Below are positions 48,301 to 60,230 of a stretch of DNA of 64,000 bases, piece after piece. Numbering within the stretch: position 1 is the first letter of the stretch; every line of letters starts with the position of its first letter. The position numbers and the translations under genes are program-made. Location: contig NW_027271552.1 of assembly GCF_040938485.1 (NCBI RefSeq), forward strand, positions 930,001-994,000, in the 5' to 3' direction. This stretch comes from Diadema antillarum (Eukaryota). The notes under the pieces are model-generated. The model did not search any database. It saw only the letters and a list, made by a program, of their open reading frames with translations, and was not told the DNA's origin.

Positions 48301-51300
48301 TTTTTTTGCAGGCTTATAACAAACAAATCAGTTCGAAATGTTCGGAGAGAATTGCTTTGCACAAAGAGGAATGTGTATTGATTAACGGTATGTGTTGTAG
48401 AAATATCTTTCGCTGGAAAAACAATGTTTCGCTGGAAACGTAACACATATGCATGCTCAGGACTATTCTTCCATACAATATCATGAATTATCTCAACATC
48501 TTACCTTATGATAAATACAATGTACTTATGAATTGAAGAGGAATGATCGTGCATGAATTCATCAACGACAGCTCCATACAACACAAATAATTGATGAAGA
48601 CTTACCTTTAAAAGCAAAGAAGAGAGAGTTAATGAAGGCCGATTTTCCTGCGCTCATCTGCCCGAATAGATTGATGTTGACTAGCTTCAGGTCGCCAAGG
48701 TTGATTTCCCTGGCACTTCCCGGTTTGTAGCTACGAATTTTTTCTCGAAGCTCCTCTCGAAATCGTTCTATGTAAAAAAGAAAAATAAACATAAAAAGGA
48801 CTAATACAGCTTACTGGATTTATGTGGTCCGTCTTTGTCTACAAGACATTAAAGCTCACAGATCTGAAAGCAATAGTTATTGAAAAGATACGTACTATTA
48901 TAGGAAATTAGTAGAACAGTTTGGTAATTTGGTGTATAGTATCAATCATGTACACACCGGGAAGTAAATACATTATAATATGACAAAACCAACCACGTTC
49001 ACGACAGCTTATATTCTACTCTCTCTACTCTCTTCGATTTGACTTGATTGAAATAAAATCCATTGGAAATAGAGAAAGGCACATGAACTTTGATGGCTTG
49101 GTATTAATTAGATTAGTTTCACGAACACAGACTTGTGTACATTTTAAAGAGTATACAAACATCTAACAAGCTGTGAGATCTTCTCTGCGATCTTATGTAA
49201 AATCACGTTACGACATTTTTGCCAGACTCCGTGGAAGCTGAGATACTTGTCTTAACACTACAATGATGCATACTAGATAGCTTAAAAATAATAAACAAAA
49301 AGTGCAGTTAAACAGAAAACCTGATTAATTACGATGCTATTGTAGACATTCTATGAGCACCTGGACTGGAGTAATTAGTTTCGATATTTTAATCTTGAGA
49401 TAAAGAGAAAAATACAGCATGCCTATTGCCCACACACGCCCTCGTGCAATATACAGTATGTCCCCCTCCCCCCCCCCAAAAAAAAATAAGAAATACAATC
49501 GGATTTCCGCATTGATAACTGTCAATATTGTTAAGCTGTCCAAATGTTATTTCAGGGTCTCAAAATATAACATCTCACCTTTATTTTGCAGAATATCCCA
49601 TTCAATTTGGTCAAGTGCTCACAGAGAAATGTGGATCATTGTAAAGCATGTCATGCATGTTGGTCTGTGATTCTTCCAAGCTTAGCAAATTGGATGCAGC
49701 TCTTGGAACTGCATATCAATGTGTGAACACAATGGGCAGAACTCGGAGGGAAGTGATTCCTGACATACTCTACAATGATCCCCATTTTTCTTTAACCGCT
49801 GAAGCAAATCGGATGGTGTTTGCTGTAAGATGTGGGTAATAAGTAATGGTTCCATGCATGGATTGATACATTATTTTTAGAGTTATTATTCCCGAGGTNN
49901 NNNNNNNNNNNNNNNNNNNNNNNNNNNNNNNNNNNNNNNNNNNNNNNNNNNNNNNNNNNNNNNNNNNNNNNNNNNNNNNNNNNNNNNNNNNNNNNNNNNN
50001 NNNNNNNNNNNNNNNNNNNNNNNNNNNNNNNNNNNNNNNNNNNNNNNNNNNNNNNNNNNNNNNNNNNNNNNNNNNNNNNNNNNNNNNNNNNNNNNNNNNN
50101 TGTCATATTACCCCTCCGCTTTATGAGTGGAATGTCCTTCTCTGATGGCTTCTTCCAGCATGGAATCCATGTCAATCCTATACAGTTTGTCAGAAATGTA
50201 GAGAAAGAGAAATAACACGATATGAAATAGTCAAAATTCTTTTAGTTTGTTTGTTTTTTGTTTGTTTGTTTGTTTGATTGTTTGTTTGTTTTAGGAGCGC
50301 TTGGGGACTGTGCAATCTTGCAATATTTCGAGGCTACATAGTATAACAGAGAATATTCAGTACAGCCATGGGCAATGTTAACAGATCTGAATGGAATCCG
50401 GTTTAAGTTTAATGGTTTCTGGAAACCATCATAACATGCGTCGCAAAACTTTTGTATGTTTTCCTTTGTTTTTGTTTTTTTTTGTCTTTATCAGTACACC
50501 CCTCTTACACATATGAAATACATTGTGACAAGAAAACACCCTGTAACTGACCAAGAGTTATGTTATCAAATACTTTAGATTAAATCTATGACAAAATGAT
50601 GCTATTGGAGTAGTCACTATGAAGAATCGACCAGTAGTCCCTATATCATCATCCGCACCGTAGCTCATTCAAGGAACAGTCTCTTGCAAAGTGTGTCAGC
50701 TCGTATAGGCTCCTACAGTGTAATGCTACTTTGGGCATAGATAAGATAAGAAAAATGACGTCTTAACATGAGACTACCGATACTTTTTTAATTTGATTTT
50801 GGTTAAAGAATAGGTATACTTTGATGTCTGAAATAATTGATTTCCCTCAGACTTGTACAGAGGAGTATTTTCTGGCCAGATGTCGACTATGCACTCTTTA
50901 AGTTTCATAAAGGATTCTTACAACAATGCCGTCAATTATACTTCAAAATTTGAAACTTAATCTGATCAAATTGCGAGAAATTGAATCCAGATACACGAAG
51001 ATACAATTCAAATAATGAACATCGTTAAGTGTACAAAATGTACAGTCAAATGTTGCAGTAAGTTACACTTCCCACGTTTTGACATAAAAATGCACAGAAT
51101 ATTATGACATCATAAGTACAGTTCAAAGTCATGCAAAGACATATTAGGTAATTGATTTGCATTGATTTCCATGGTTAGTCTATAGCAGCATGTGCGGTAA
51201 AGAAATTTATAATCGATTATATCTTTTGATAAAACGGGGCTCTGTTTTGAGGTCGATGGACTCGTTTTGTAGGTCTTACAAGATCCCCGTTCTAGGCCAT

Positions 51301-52429
51301 TCTATTATGTTTACGATGTGACAGGGGATTGAAACTTAAATCATTCATTCATTCATTCATTTATTTCATTTCCACTCGGTCACTTGTTTCAGTCACAGGC
51401 TGTTCTTCAACAAGGCCGTGCATATGGTTTGATAAGAGCTTGTGTTTACCATTTTAATTTTCCCGTGTGCGGACCACAATCTCGCAGAAGTTAACCCATG
51501 ACTTATCTTTTTTTTAAACAAAATTTCGTCGATTTGTGATGCTTAATAGTTGTTTGAATACAGATGATATGACGCCTTTATGACGTCACAGTCGAGATAT
51601 TGTACGACAACTATACTACTCGGCGCTATTCTTAAGGATGTGATAAAGACACTATGAAGAATGATACATTGGTCTCAGTGAAAAAGGGTCCGAACTTTGT
51701 ACAGAAATAACAAATTAATAAAAGGATTCTGCCAATTAAAAAAAATAGAAATGATTATGCAGGTAAATGCATACCACCTATTTTACAAAGAAATTAAGAG
51801 TAATTCACCTGAAATCTCGAAATCGGCAAAAGCACAATGAAGTATAAAAAAGAAAACTAAAAAAAAAGAAACAAGCAAATTGACATAGCATATTCTCAAA
51901 TATGACATAATTATTTACCTTCAGGCATGATTTCTGGTCTGTACTTCTGCAAAAGCTTTCCAGTTACCAGAAAGAGTACTATTATTACTAGGACCAGAAT
52001 GAACAACGTCAGTCCGATTCCGAGCCCCATTCTTTTTTGACCTGATGGACTGTCCTTTTCTTCTGTAAACGTAACAAAAACCACAATAAAGGATTGATAT
52101 TAATGCACTTTTAATTTTTAGGATGAAGAATCCCCATTAAAGCAATATCCAATCCCGTTGTGTATAGTGAAGGGTTAAAGTACATGAAAGAGGAAGGAAT
52201 CTCATAAACGGACAGGTAAACTGAGCATTTACAATTTGAAAGGTAAGCAACACACAGAAATAATGTGTGGAAAAACCGATAACGTATTATGATATACATA
52301 TTTTAACTGCGAATATAAATTATGATATTTATATGATTTCTAAACCCATGCAGAACCATTATAATCCCGTTTGAGAATTGAAATTGCTAAATTTCTGGGT
52401 TTTTTCTTCTCTTCTTCAACATATGTATG

Positions 52430-52466
<37 letters not shown>

Positions 52467-55400
52467 GTATACATATTTTGTATTTCTTTTGCTGAAATGG
52501 CACATTTCAATCTAGATCGCTGCATTTGCATTTCTTTATAGTTTTCCTCTGTTGTACCGTAGGCAAAGTTGTTATTTCTTTTTTCGAGGGGGGGGGGACA
52601 AGTAATTAGTCATAAACAGATTTTTTTCTTTTTTTTTCCACACAGAAAAGCATATGCATTGTTCACACAATCAAATGTCACATTACTATTTTCAAATGTC
52701 TTAATTTCTGTATCCTTTCGAGAGAGTCAAATGCCAGTTGATGCACTATAATGTCAGCCTATAATTATATGCAATGAGCTGGTGTGATCTTGTTGCTATG
52801 ATATGATATAAAATTGTAGATTTGAACGAACTTAAGCAAGAAACGGTTAAACCAATATCACATTCAGATAGATGACGTTACATAGATAAATTCCCTTTTG
52901 GAACAACGAGTATCCATGTGTCTAAAATATGGTTTTTATGATTTTGAATGATAACATTATTTACCAGAAGTGCACTTTTAATGTCAGAAATAGAATTGAC
53001 AACACTACCTTTTAGAAAACTATTATTCAGTTGTCTTTAACCTCACTCTGTGCAAGGGAAAAAAAAACAAGGAAAAGAAAACATAAGCCTGATAAACAAT
53101 TGCACAGTCTTGCCAACACACACGTATGTAGCATACAATGTTATATCATATTCATATAATGTATTGATATGTTTGTCTATGTTGATATATATACAATATA
53201 CGTGATTAAGTATACCATATATATAGGCCTACACATATATTTATATAATTATATTAATCATGTTATATGCATGTAAGTATTGTTGCATAGTATTTTATAG
53301 TACAGTATTGTACTAACAGTATGATAATGTATCGTATAATGTACAATAAAGAAAAGATTCTTAGTATAATCATTATTAAGTACTAACGTGACTAATAGAA
53401 GTAAATATTTCTTAACTGCCCACCTTTCAAAGGTAAAACAGTGATAACCTTTGACGAGGTTCCGTTCACGGAATGACCTGATGTCGTACAGGTGAAGTTT
53501 TGTTCCGTGTCGTGACTGGCTGTAACAGTTATTGTCTCAAATCTCTCGAAAGTCCCGTCTGGAGAAGTGTGCTGGCTGGACTTCACTGGAGGCAGTGCTC
53601 GACCCGATTTGCTCCACACGAGCGACACGTTTGGCTTGAAACCCGTGAGCCGACAGTCAAGATGAAAAGTTGGGGCTTCCTTCGACGTTTGAATAGTGCA
53701 AGGACTCAAACCATGAACCTCTTCGACACATTGTTCGATGATATGCTCCTTAGCCATGGCTGAGAGTAATTTTAATGAGAATTGCAATAATTATTTAGAC
53801 TACATTAACGAAGACAGCATTAAGAATAATAAAGCCAGTAAAACTCACAACCGTGACGATATCAATAAAACTCATCGAAGACTAGTCCCGAGTGCACTTG
53901 GGCAGGCATGGGCACTTAACTTAAGGAGATTTATTCGACAAAAAAAAAGTTTTAGAATATTAAATGAAATAGAATAACAACACCTATTTCGTTTTGCGTG
54001 GACATAATTGGTATCAAGTTACGCACCTGACATATCCATGCGCACTTAGATATAGTGATTGTTTCAACCCCCATGAAATAGATAAAACTAGTGTAGGTAT
54101 TTGTTTTAGCATTTTAAAACGAATATGATCTTCATTTGTGTTCACAGATACTGTGTATTGTATTCACAGACACTGTGTATTGTATTATTATTTTGTGAGC
54201 ACATGTTGCAATTCAGCCGCTTGGCAGCGAGAATATCTTTTATCTAATAAACCGTACCATATCATACCATACCATACCAACTCAGGCACAGGATATCTGC
54301 ATCATCGGCCGAATGCTTTAAAATAGTGAACCATTTATCCTTCTTTTATTGAGATCAAAACACCCATTTTGATTAACAAAGATCAAACACAACTGACCGT
54401 TGTAAATGGTCGCATAATCCCTTGATAGTCCAGTAGTGATTTGATTGTGTTTACTGATTACAATAATTGATTCATTATATTCATAACCAACCAGTGAAAC
54501 CAGTCTTGACCTTCACTGACATGTCTCAACATAATGAGCACTTTTTACAGGAAAGACATTCAGAAAGTACTAAGAACGTACATCAGGCTCCAGGGTTATG
54601 CTTGAGTTTTAAAAAAAAAGACCAAGAGATTGCGTCAAATTGATTGGCCAAGGAGGGTCATATAATAGTTGCTGAAGTCATTTTCCTTTTTTTCAAACAG
54701 ATTAATTGTGTTAGCATGATATCGCTTTATCATAAATTTGATTATAATAACACTTTTATACTGTACTCTGAACGCACCATTCACGGTAAGAAAGGTTGAA
54801 TTTGAGAAATCACTAAAATCTAGAAGCACCACTTGGCATTGGTAGTAACCCTCATCTGGCACTTCTAGATTGGTAATTATGAGGCCGAAATCCTCGTCCA
54901 TGTGGAACCTTTCTATCTTGCTCGTAAATTTCTGCTCAAAGAATGAAGCTAAGGTGAGCGTCTGTCCTGGATTCGTCATGTTCTCCTTCGCCCAGTACAC
55001 AGCTTGCGGTGTTCCTTCAAACATGCACGGCAAACGCGTGTTTTCATCTTTCCATCCGATCGCGATCGGGACAGTGCCTACAGTGCCTGGTTAAAGTGAA
55101 GAATAAAATTGATATCATATATATACATATATATATATTCATATATTAACATATATTCTGCTTATAGGAGAATGAGACAATCTGGACCATTACACAGTCG
55201 TAGCAAAAAAAAAAATACATCAAACAAAAGCAGGCACAAACACAAACGAGGGGAAATCGATTTCAGTGTTGAAGTTCACTTCGATGATAAAAGAAAAGAC
55301 ATGTTCAACGTTCACTACAGGATGCGGTGATGATATTCTGCTTAGCCCGACAGTTTTGTCATTTGCTCTAGCCCCACAATTACTTTGATTCTCATAGTTC

Positions 55401-58400
55401 CTCTTGAAATTTCTGTGGGAATTGGAATGCGTAATAAAAAGTATTGAATTATCGGAATCTTCAGCAAGACAAACTGAGCAAAATTTTGCAGTCATTTGGA
55501 CACACTGAACCTTAATTTCAGGTTGTTCATAGTGCTTCATAATCACTATAACCAATCATGCCTATATGAACACGAACCCTCGATAGTCATCAATGAAGCT
55601 GGGTCAAAGAACTGACAACTGTAGAAGGTTATATCATGATATGCCTGGAAAAGATTGGAGAAAACTGTGTAAACTGTGTCTTTCTGTCGAGAAGAGGTAT
55701 GACCGCCAAAAATCTGACTCTAACTAAAGTATTATGTATTAATGTATGTGACCGTGCATCACAAAACGAACAAAAAGTCGCAGCCCTTGATTTTACGTGA
55801 AATGTTAAGGTGAAATGGGTCGACCGAGTCAATGTTGAGTTTTTTATGTTTTCTGAAAGAGCTATCCTTCTTCTACATTATTCTTTAGTTTGGGATCATA
55901 ACATGAATGGGAAAGTGTGTTTTCCATGTTCAGCAGTTTTTCTAGAACCCCTTTTAGGGGGAGAGTAGAATGATCAGGTATGACTTAGAGGCCCCTTTTC
56001 ACTTCTTGAAATCCTTTGCATACTCTTCAATTTCAAGTCTAACTTTTGAATGAATAATGCTACTGCTTTGAAAGTTGGCATTAATCATGGAAAGAATATG
56101 TTAATGGAACACACCTAATTTCAGCTTAATCTGATAATCCTTTCATTGTTGTTGCTCCGGTGGTTTACATTCTGTGTTTTGTCCCTTTCATCATACAGCT
56201 AAACAAGGCTTGGTAAAGATTAAGCACTTGAATAGACCGTGTACTTCAGAACCTCTTTTCTCAGTTCACACTTTTCCAGAGTATGTGCTTTGTTTCCAGT
56301 ATTTAGATAGGTTAGGGGAGTCCATTTGAAATGAGTTATACATCATTTTAAAGCTTATAGTCTGTTCTTTCAGAAACTGCCCTTAACTAAAAATCCATGT
56401 CTGGCAACTTTTTGTTGGTTTTGTGATGCAGGGTCACATATTATGTCAGCATCAAATACCCATTCTATACCTATTCCTATTCCGTCAAGAACTGACATTT
56501 CTCTCCAATCTAATGAAGAAAAAAACAACAACTTAAAAACATTAATAAATTTGAAACCGCAAAATACATGATGTGATGGGTATGTCAAGCCCGTAAAGAG
56601 TACATAAAACTTGTATAGCAACTGCCTATACAATTTATTTACAGATGGCAAATGAAAGCCATTTCCAAACCGATATTAATCGGTATCTTATTTCATTTCA
56701 AGGACAAGTTCACCTTCATTAACATAAGAATTGAGATAATGTAGCAATATTAGTAGAACACATCATTGAAAGTTTGAGGAAAATCGGACAATCCGTTCAA
56801 AAGTTATGAATTTTTGAAGTTTTTGTGCAGTCACCACTGGATGAGAAGACTACTGCAGTGTATGATGTCACATGCGTACAACAATATAAGGAAAATATAA
56901 AGAGAATTTCACAAAATTTCATCTTTTGAAAAAAGTACACATTCCCTTGACTCTTTACTAGTATGTTATGGGTAATATTATTCCCATTGCCTTTAGAAAG
57001 AGGCAAGTCAAGTGCTCTTTTATTATGCGAAAAAGGGGAAAATATGTTGAATTTTCTTTACATTTTCTTTATACTGTTGTACTCATATGACATCACGAGC
57101 CTTAGTAGTCTCCTCATCCAGCGGTTCCAACACAAAAGTTTAAAAAATTCATAACTTTTGCATCGATTGTCCAATTTTCCTCAAACTTTCACTGATGTGT
57201 TCTACTAATATTGCTGCATTCTCTCGATCCTTATGTTAATGAAGGTGAACTTGTCCTTTAAGTAATTTAAAATATTCTTCCGGTAATACCTAAATTAATG
57301 AAGTCGAAACACATCAGGTGATCAAGACACCTCTCAAAAAAGGTGAAGAAGGGAATAAAAAATGTAAAAAAGACGCACGTTAAAAAAAAAAAAAAAAAAA
57401 AAGAATACCAGTACAACGTTCATCTACCAGTCTCGGTCATTTCTCTTTAAACTCCAATGACAGGAATTAGTCAGTACAGACAGGAATCGTTCGAGATTCT
57501 CACTCTGGCCGGATTTCCGGGTATTCAGAGGCGGCTGGTCCAGCGTGAAAGCAAATCGACAATCAATGTATGAACGACGTATCTTTTAGACGAATTAATC
57601 AACTTTTTTTTCATTAACGATAATTGGCTTTCAAATTTCATGAAACTGTCAGATATAGCACATCATAACATTTCAGATAGGACACAAGGAATGTTATCGA
57701 TAAATTACTAAAAGAATGATAGATCGAGGATTTTGAACTCCAATTAGTGTCATCTAGCTGTATCACGACGTAGATTCGTACAATGTATGCTTTCAATGCG
57801 GATCAAAGTACATGTAGGTAATTAACGTCGATTCCACTCTAGCTTTGCACACACGTACTGTATGTACAAGCGAGATACTGTATACTAGAGTTCACTTTAG
57901 CTAAAGGAAGTGACTCCGACAACGAGAATAGAATCAAAGTCATGCATCTTTCTTTCATTTTGAAAGCTTCAATGATGTTTTATTTTCAGATGTTGATGTG
58001 CGTGGCGAAATTTGAGGAGAATTCACTCATATTCTCTACTCCAGAGTATCATTCTGAGCTGGCAGTAATGTGATGAAACTTCAGATGTTGATGTGCGTGA
58101 AGAAATTTGAAGAGAACTCACATATTCTCTACTCCATAGTTTCATTCTGGGCTAGCAGTAATGCCATCAAACTCCATTTTGAGAGCACTATACTGGTATG
58201 AAATAACAAAGCACGGCACCGGAAATGAAAGTAAAAATAAAATTTCCAGACACTATATTCAGATATCTACACTATAAATAAAATCATCTGCATGCTGACA
58301 TTTATGACATAGTCAATTAAAATGCTTGATTTTATTTTCCAATTTATTTAAACCAATGACATGAGATCAAATATCAAAGAAACTCATTAAAAAAAAAATT

Positions 58401-58484
58401 ATGCTGACATTCTTATTCTTCCGTACCTTGGAAATGAGTTAATGCGTACAACAATGAAAGTTTGCATACATGTTTAGACCGCAT
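41655..58484 (-). CDS. Gene B (paralogue of A, ~578 aa): signal peptide(?)-IgV-IgC2-TM-IFI44-like GTPase-CaaX
   Basis: Exons 55086-54778, 53759-53424, 52062-51919, 50177-50112, 48767-48606, 46213-46049, 45100-45013, 42842-42775 and 41995-41655 join in frame with the same phases as gene A. Exon 1 (58484-58427) is tentative. Confidence 0.85.
42775..42842 (-). CDS. Gene B exon 9 (TEIGEHEANKFIHHFFQEVKKIHG)
   Basis: 68 nt, phase 2-1, tttgcag acceptor, G|GTACG donor. Confidence 0.86.
43250..44400 (-). mobile_element. 5'-truncated CR1/L2-clade LINE, reverse transcriptase fragment, in gene B intron 8
   Basis: [67 protein letters not shown]..AWG and FWNSL, with stops and frameshifts. Confidence 0.93.
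45013..45100 (-). CDS. Gene B exon 8 (NGCRSMDTEHKIVKDKSKECHAAILVYHK)
   Basis: 88 nt, phase 1-2, with the same boundaries as gene A exon 8. Confidence 0.87.
46049..46213 (-). CDS. Gene B exon 7: G2/G3 (GGGHTKQ...VQDNRG)
   Basis: cctacag acceptor, A|GTAAG donor, 165 nt, phase 1-1. Confidence 0.9.
47106..48277. mobile_element. Composite GC-ended non-autonomous DNA element (CAYCGGCGTARCCA-type TIRs)
   Basis: Left end catcggcgtaaccagg and right end ccttggctacgccggtg, with internal ggggg..tcccc sub-repeats. No clean TSD. Confidence 0.45.
48606..48767 (-). CDS. Gene B exon 6: GTPase P-loop (VNINLFGQMSAGKSAFINSLFFAFK)
   Basis: 162 nt. The last 25 residues are 24/25 identical to gene A. Donor G|GTAAG. 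Confidence 0.92.
49899..50100. other. Assembly gap (202 N) in gene B intron 5
   Basis: Run of N starting 11 nt after the exon 5 donor. Confidence 1.
50112..50177 (-). CDS. Gene B exon 5: 66-nt linker (GLTWIPCWKKPSEKDIPLIKRR)
   Basis: gtatag acceptor, G|GTAAT donor just before the N-gap, phase 1-1. Homologous to gene A exon 5. Confidence 0.8.
51919..52062 (-). CDS. Gene B exon 4: transmembrane helix (MGLGIGLTLFILVLVIIVLFLVTG)
   Basis: tttacag acceptor, G|GTAAA donor, 144 nt, phase 1-1. Followed by KLLQKYRPEIMPE. Confidence 0.9.
53424..53759 (-). CDS. Gene B exon 3: C2-type Ig domain
   Basis: LDCRLTGFKPNVSLVW...NFTCTTSG. Acceptor ctctcag, 336 nt as in gene A. Confidence 0.9.
54778..55086 (-). 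CDS. Gene B exon 2: V-type Ig domain
   Basis: RLPCMF...VYW...LIITNLEVPDEGYYQC. Acceptor ttaaccag, donor G|GTGCG, 309 nt, phase 1-1. Confidence 0.92.
55747..56370 (+). mobile_element. Second copy of the 16559-17155 interspersed repeat
   Basis: Diverged but collinear alignment by eye. Confidence 0.75.
56701..57257. mobile_element. TTAA-target MITE, family 4, with ~240-bp TIRs
   Basis: TTCA|AGGACAAGTTCACCTTCATTAACATAAG ... CTTATGTTAATGAAGGTGAACTTGTCCT|TTAA. Confidence 0.8.
57985..58165 (+). repeat. Two tandem ~94-bp units
   Basis: ttcagatgttgatgtgcgtg...catattctctactcc...gcagtaatg occurs twice. Confidence 0.85.
58427..58484 (-). CDS. Candidate gene B exon 1 (MRSKHVCKLSLLYALTHFQ-G), weak signal peptide
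   Basis: The only ATG-initiated, phase-1, stop-free candidate I found upstream of exon 2. The start MRSK resembles gene A MDRSK, and the donor AAG|GTACG is the same type as gene B exon 9. The hydrophobic core is short. Confidence 0.4.
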
Positions 58485-59299
58485 AATTATTTGGTTCTGG
58501 AAGATTTTACCATGGGTTCATCTGGGCCAACTGGAAATGCTAAAATGTCACTATATTTTTCAATATCATGAAAATACCTAGAAGCATTGGAAGGAATAAA
58601 AAACCGCAGACTGATTATTTGGTGACAGCTGGGATGGGCGTCATGTACGGTAAAAGGTCAAATAAAATATGATAAACAGTAAATTACTCTTTTTACTGAT
58701 ATTGTTAACAAATTGAATTTCGGTTCAAGCTATGTGAGATCACTTAACGCATTTTGAGGATGTGCCATCTAACTTTCAGATTTCAGGGTTTTTTTTTTGT
58801 CGATCATGTGAACTGTCTCACGTTTTCAAGATCGAAGAGTAAGAAAATTATATGATATAGCAGAGACATACAGGTCACCATGAAAGCAAATTTCTAGATC
58901 CGCTAAATGTTAATAACGACCATGTGCAAGTTATGGAAATATATAACTGTGACGTGATTTGCTTTGTAAATTATGGAAAAATGTCAACGGAAAAATTGTC
59001 CTGTCAATCACCATTAACTCTGAATCTGACTGAATTTGGCTGACCACTACAGTATTTGAAATCTATTATAGGCATACTTATTTGGCATACTATATGTTAA
59101 ACTACACCTCCTGCTTGCTGTTACCAAATAACTCATAAGTCTATCCCTTTTTAAATAGGAATATCATTAATAGTGTTGTCAAAAAGAGCAGCAGTGAAGG
59201 ATGTGAATGATAATTTTGGCAAATTTTAATTCATAGTACTGGGATTTCAGCGTCATGCAAAAATGTCATTTTGTGTCCATTTTAATGCAATATAGGTAA

Positions 59300-60230
59300 G
59301 CACAGGGATTTACAGCACTATTGAACTATTGAACTCAAACATACCATCAACACGGACATTCAGCCACTCCCAAACAGGCAAACACATACATGTAGATTTA
59401 GATTTCGGAACTATAGATTTAAGTTGGGAACAAATCAGTGATGAGACTGTCAATTTAGATTTTGACCATTTAAACATCACCAGAAGAGGTCGTAACTGTC
59501 GTTGTACAGTTAACAAAATTGATTGTTACATCAACATTTATGAAATGCTGTTAGTACGCATCCCACCATTTCGTAAATGTTGAATTTAAAGGGGAAAATG
59601 TCGGATTTACCATTTCTGAAGATGGCAGTTCAACCTTTTGAGGTTAATGTCAACATTTTGAGTTTTAAATTTACCCTTTTACAAAAGGTTGGAGTAGTGA
59701 CAACATTTAAAAATATTGATTTACCATTTCATTTTCTAGAGTTTACCTTTGGTATCAATAGAAACGGCATGTGCTTTCAATGTTTATACATTAGGGCTTA
59801 CCACGCTATTTCTTTTGGAAAATATCCACGATGAACTGACATAACACCAATAGGTTTCAACTAAGATTAAACAAAATTTAGATTGATGTTATTTTCTTTT
59901 GTTCCTTCAACGTCTCTATCAAATTCCAGTGTGTTCGTAATATCATCAGATACTGAGTAGACCTTCAATTAATGTATCTCGGAAAATCTAAAAGCTGAAT
60001 CTTTATACCTCAACCAATGTTATAGCATCTCTTTAAAAAGCAAATTACCTTAGATATTCCAATTTTGAAAAATTAACCTTGATAAAATCTAACTTCTAGT
60101 AATGGATTTCATGATTTCTCTGAGCATAAATCACAAACGGAGAACATGTCCACAGCGATAGATAATTTTGGAATGGCCTGTATGACATTATTTTGGGCAA
60201 ACTTCAATCTTGATCAATATGCATGAAACT
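59300..60230 (-). mobile_element. Highly decayed CR1/L2-like LINE ORF2 (endonuclease-RT linker region)
   Basis: Scattered minus-strand peptides in the expected order (PKIMSYRPFQNY, HWL, QHFINV) with many stops. Confidence 0.35.

Noticed and set aside
51805-51840. CAG|GTGAAT donor-like site just downstream of the gene B TM exon
   Set aside because: No upstream acceptor with an open frame, no counterpart in gene A, and it is not needed to keep the frame.
57890-57960. Alternative gene B exon 1 (MKERCMTLILFSLSESLPLAK)
   Set aside because: The donor would be phase 0 and weak (GTGAAC), which is incompatible with the phase-1 IgV exon.
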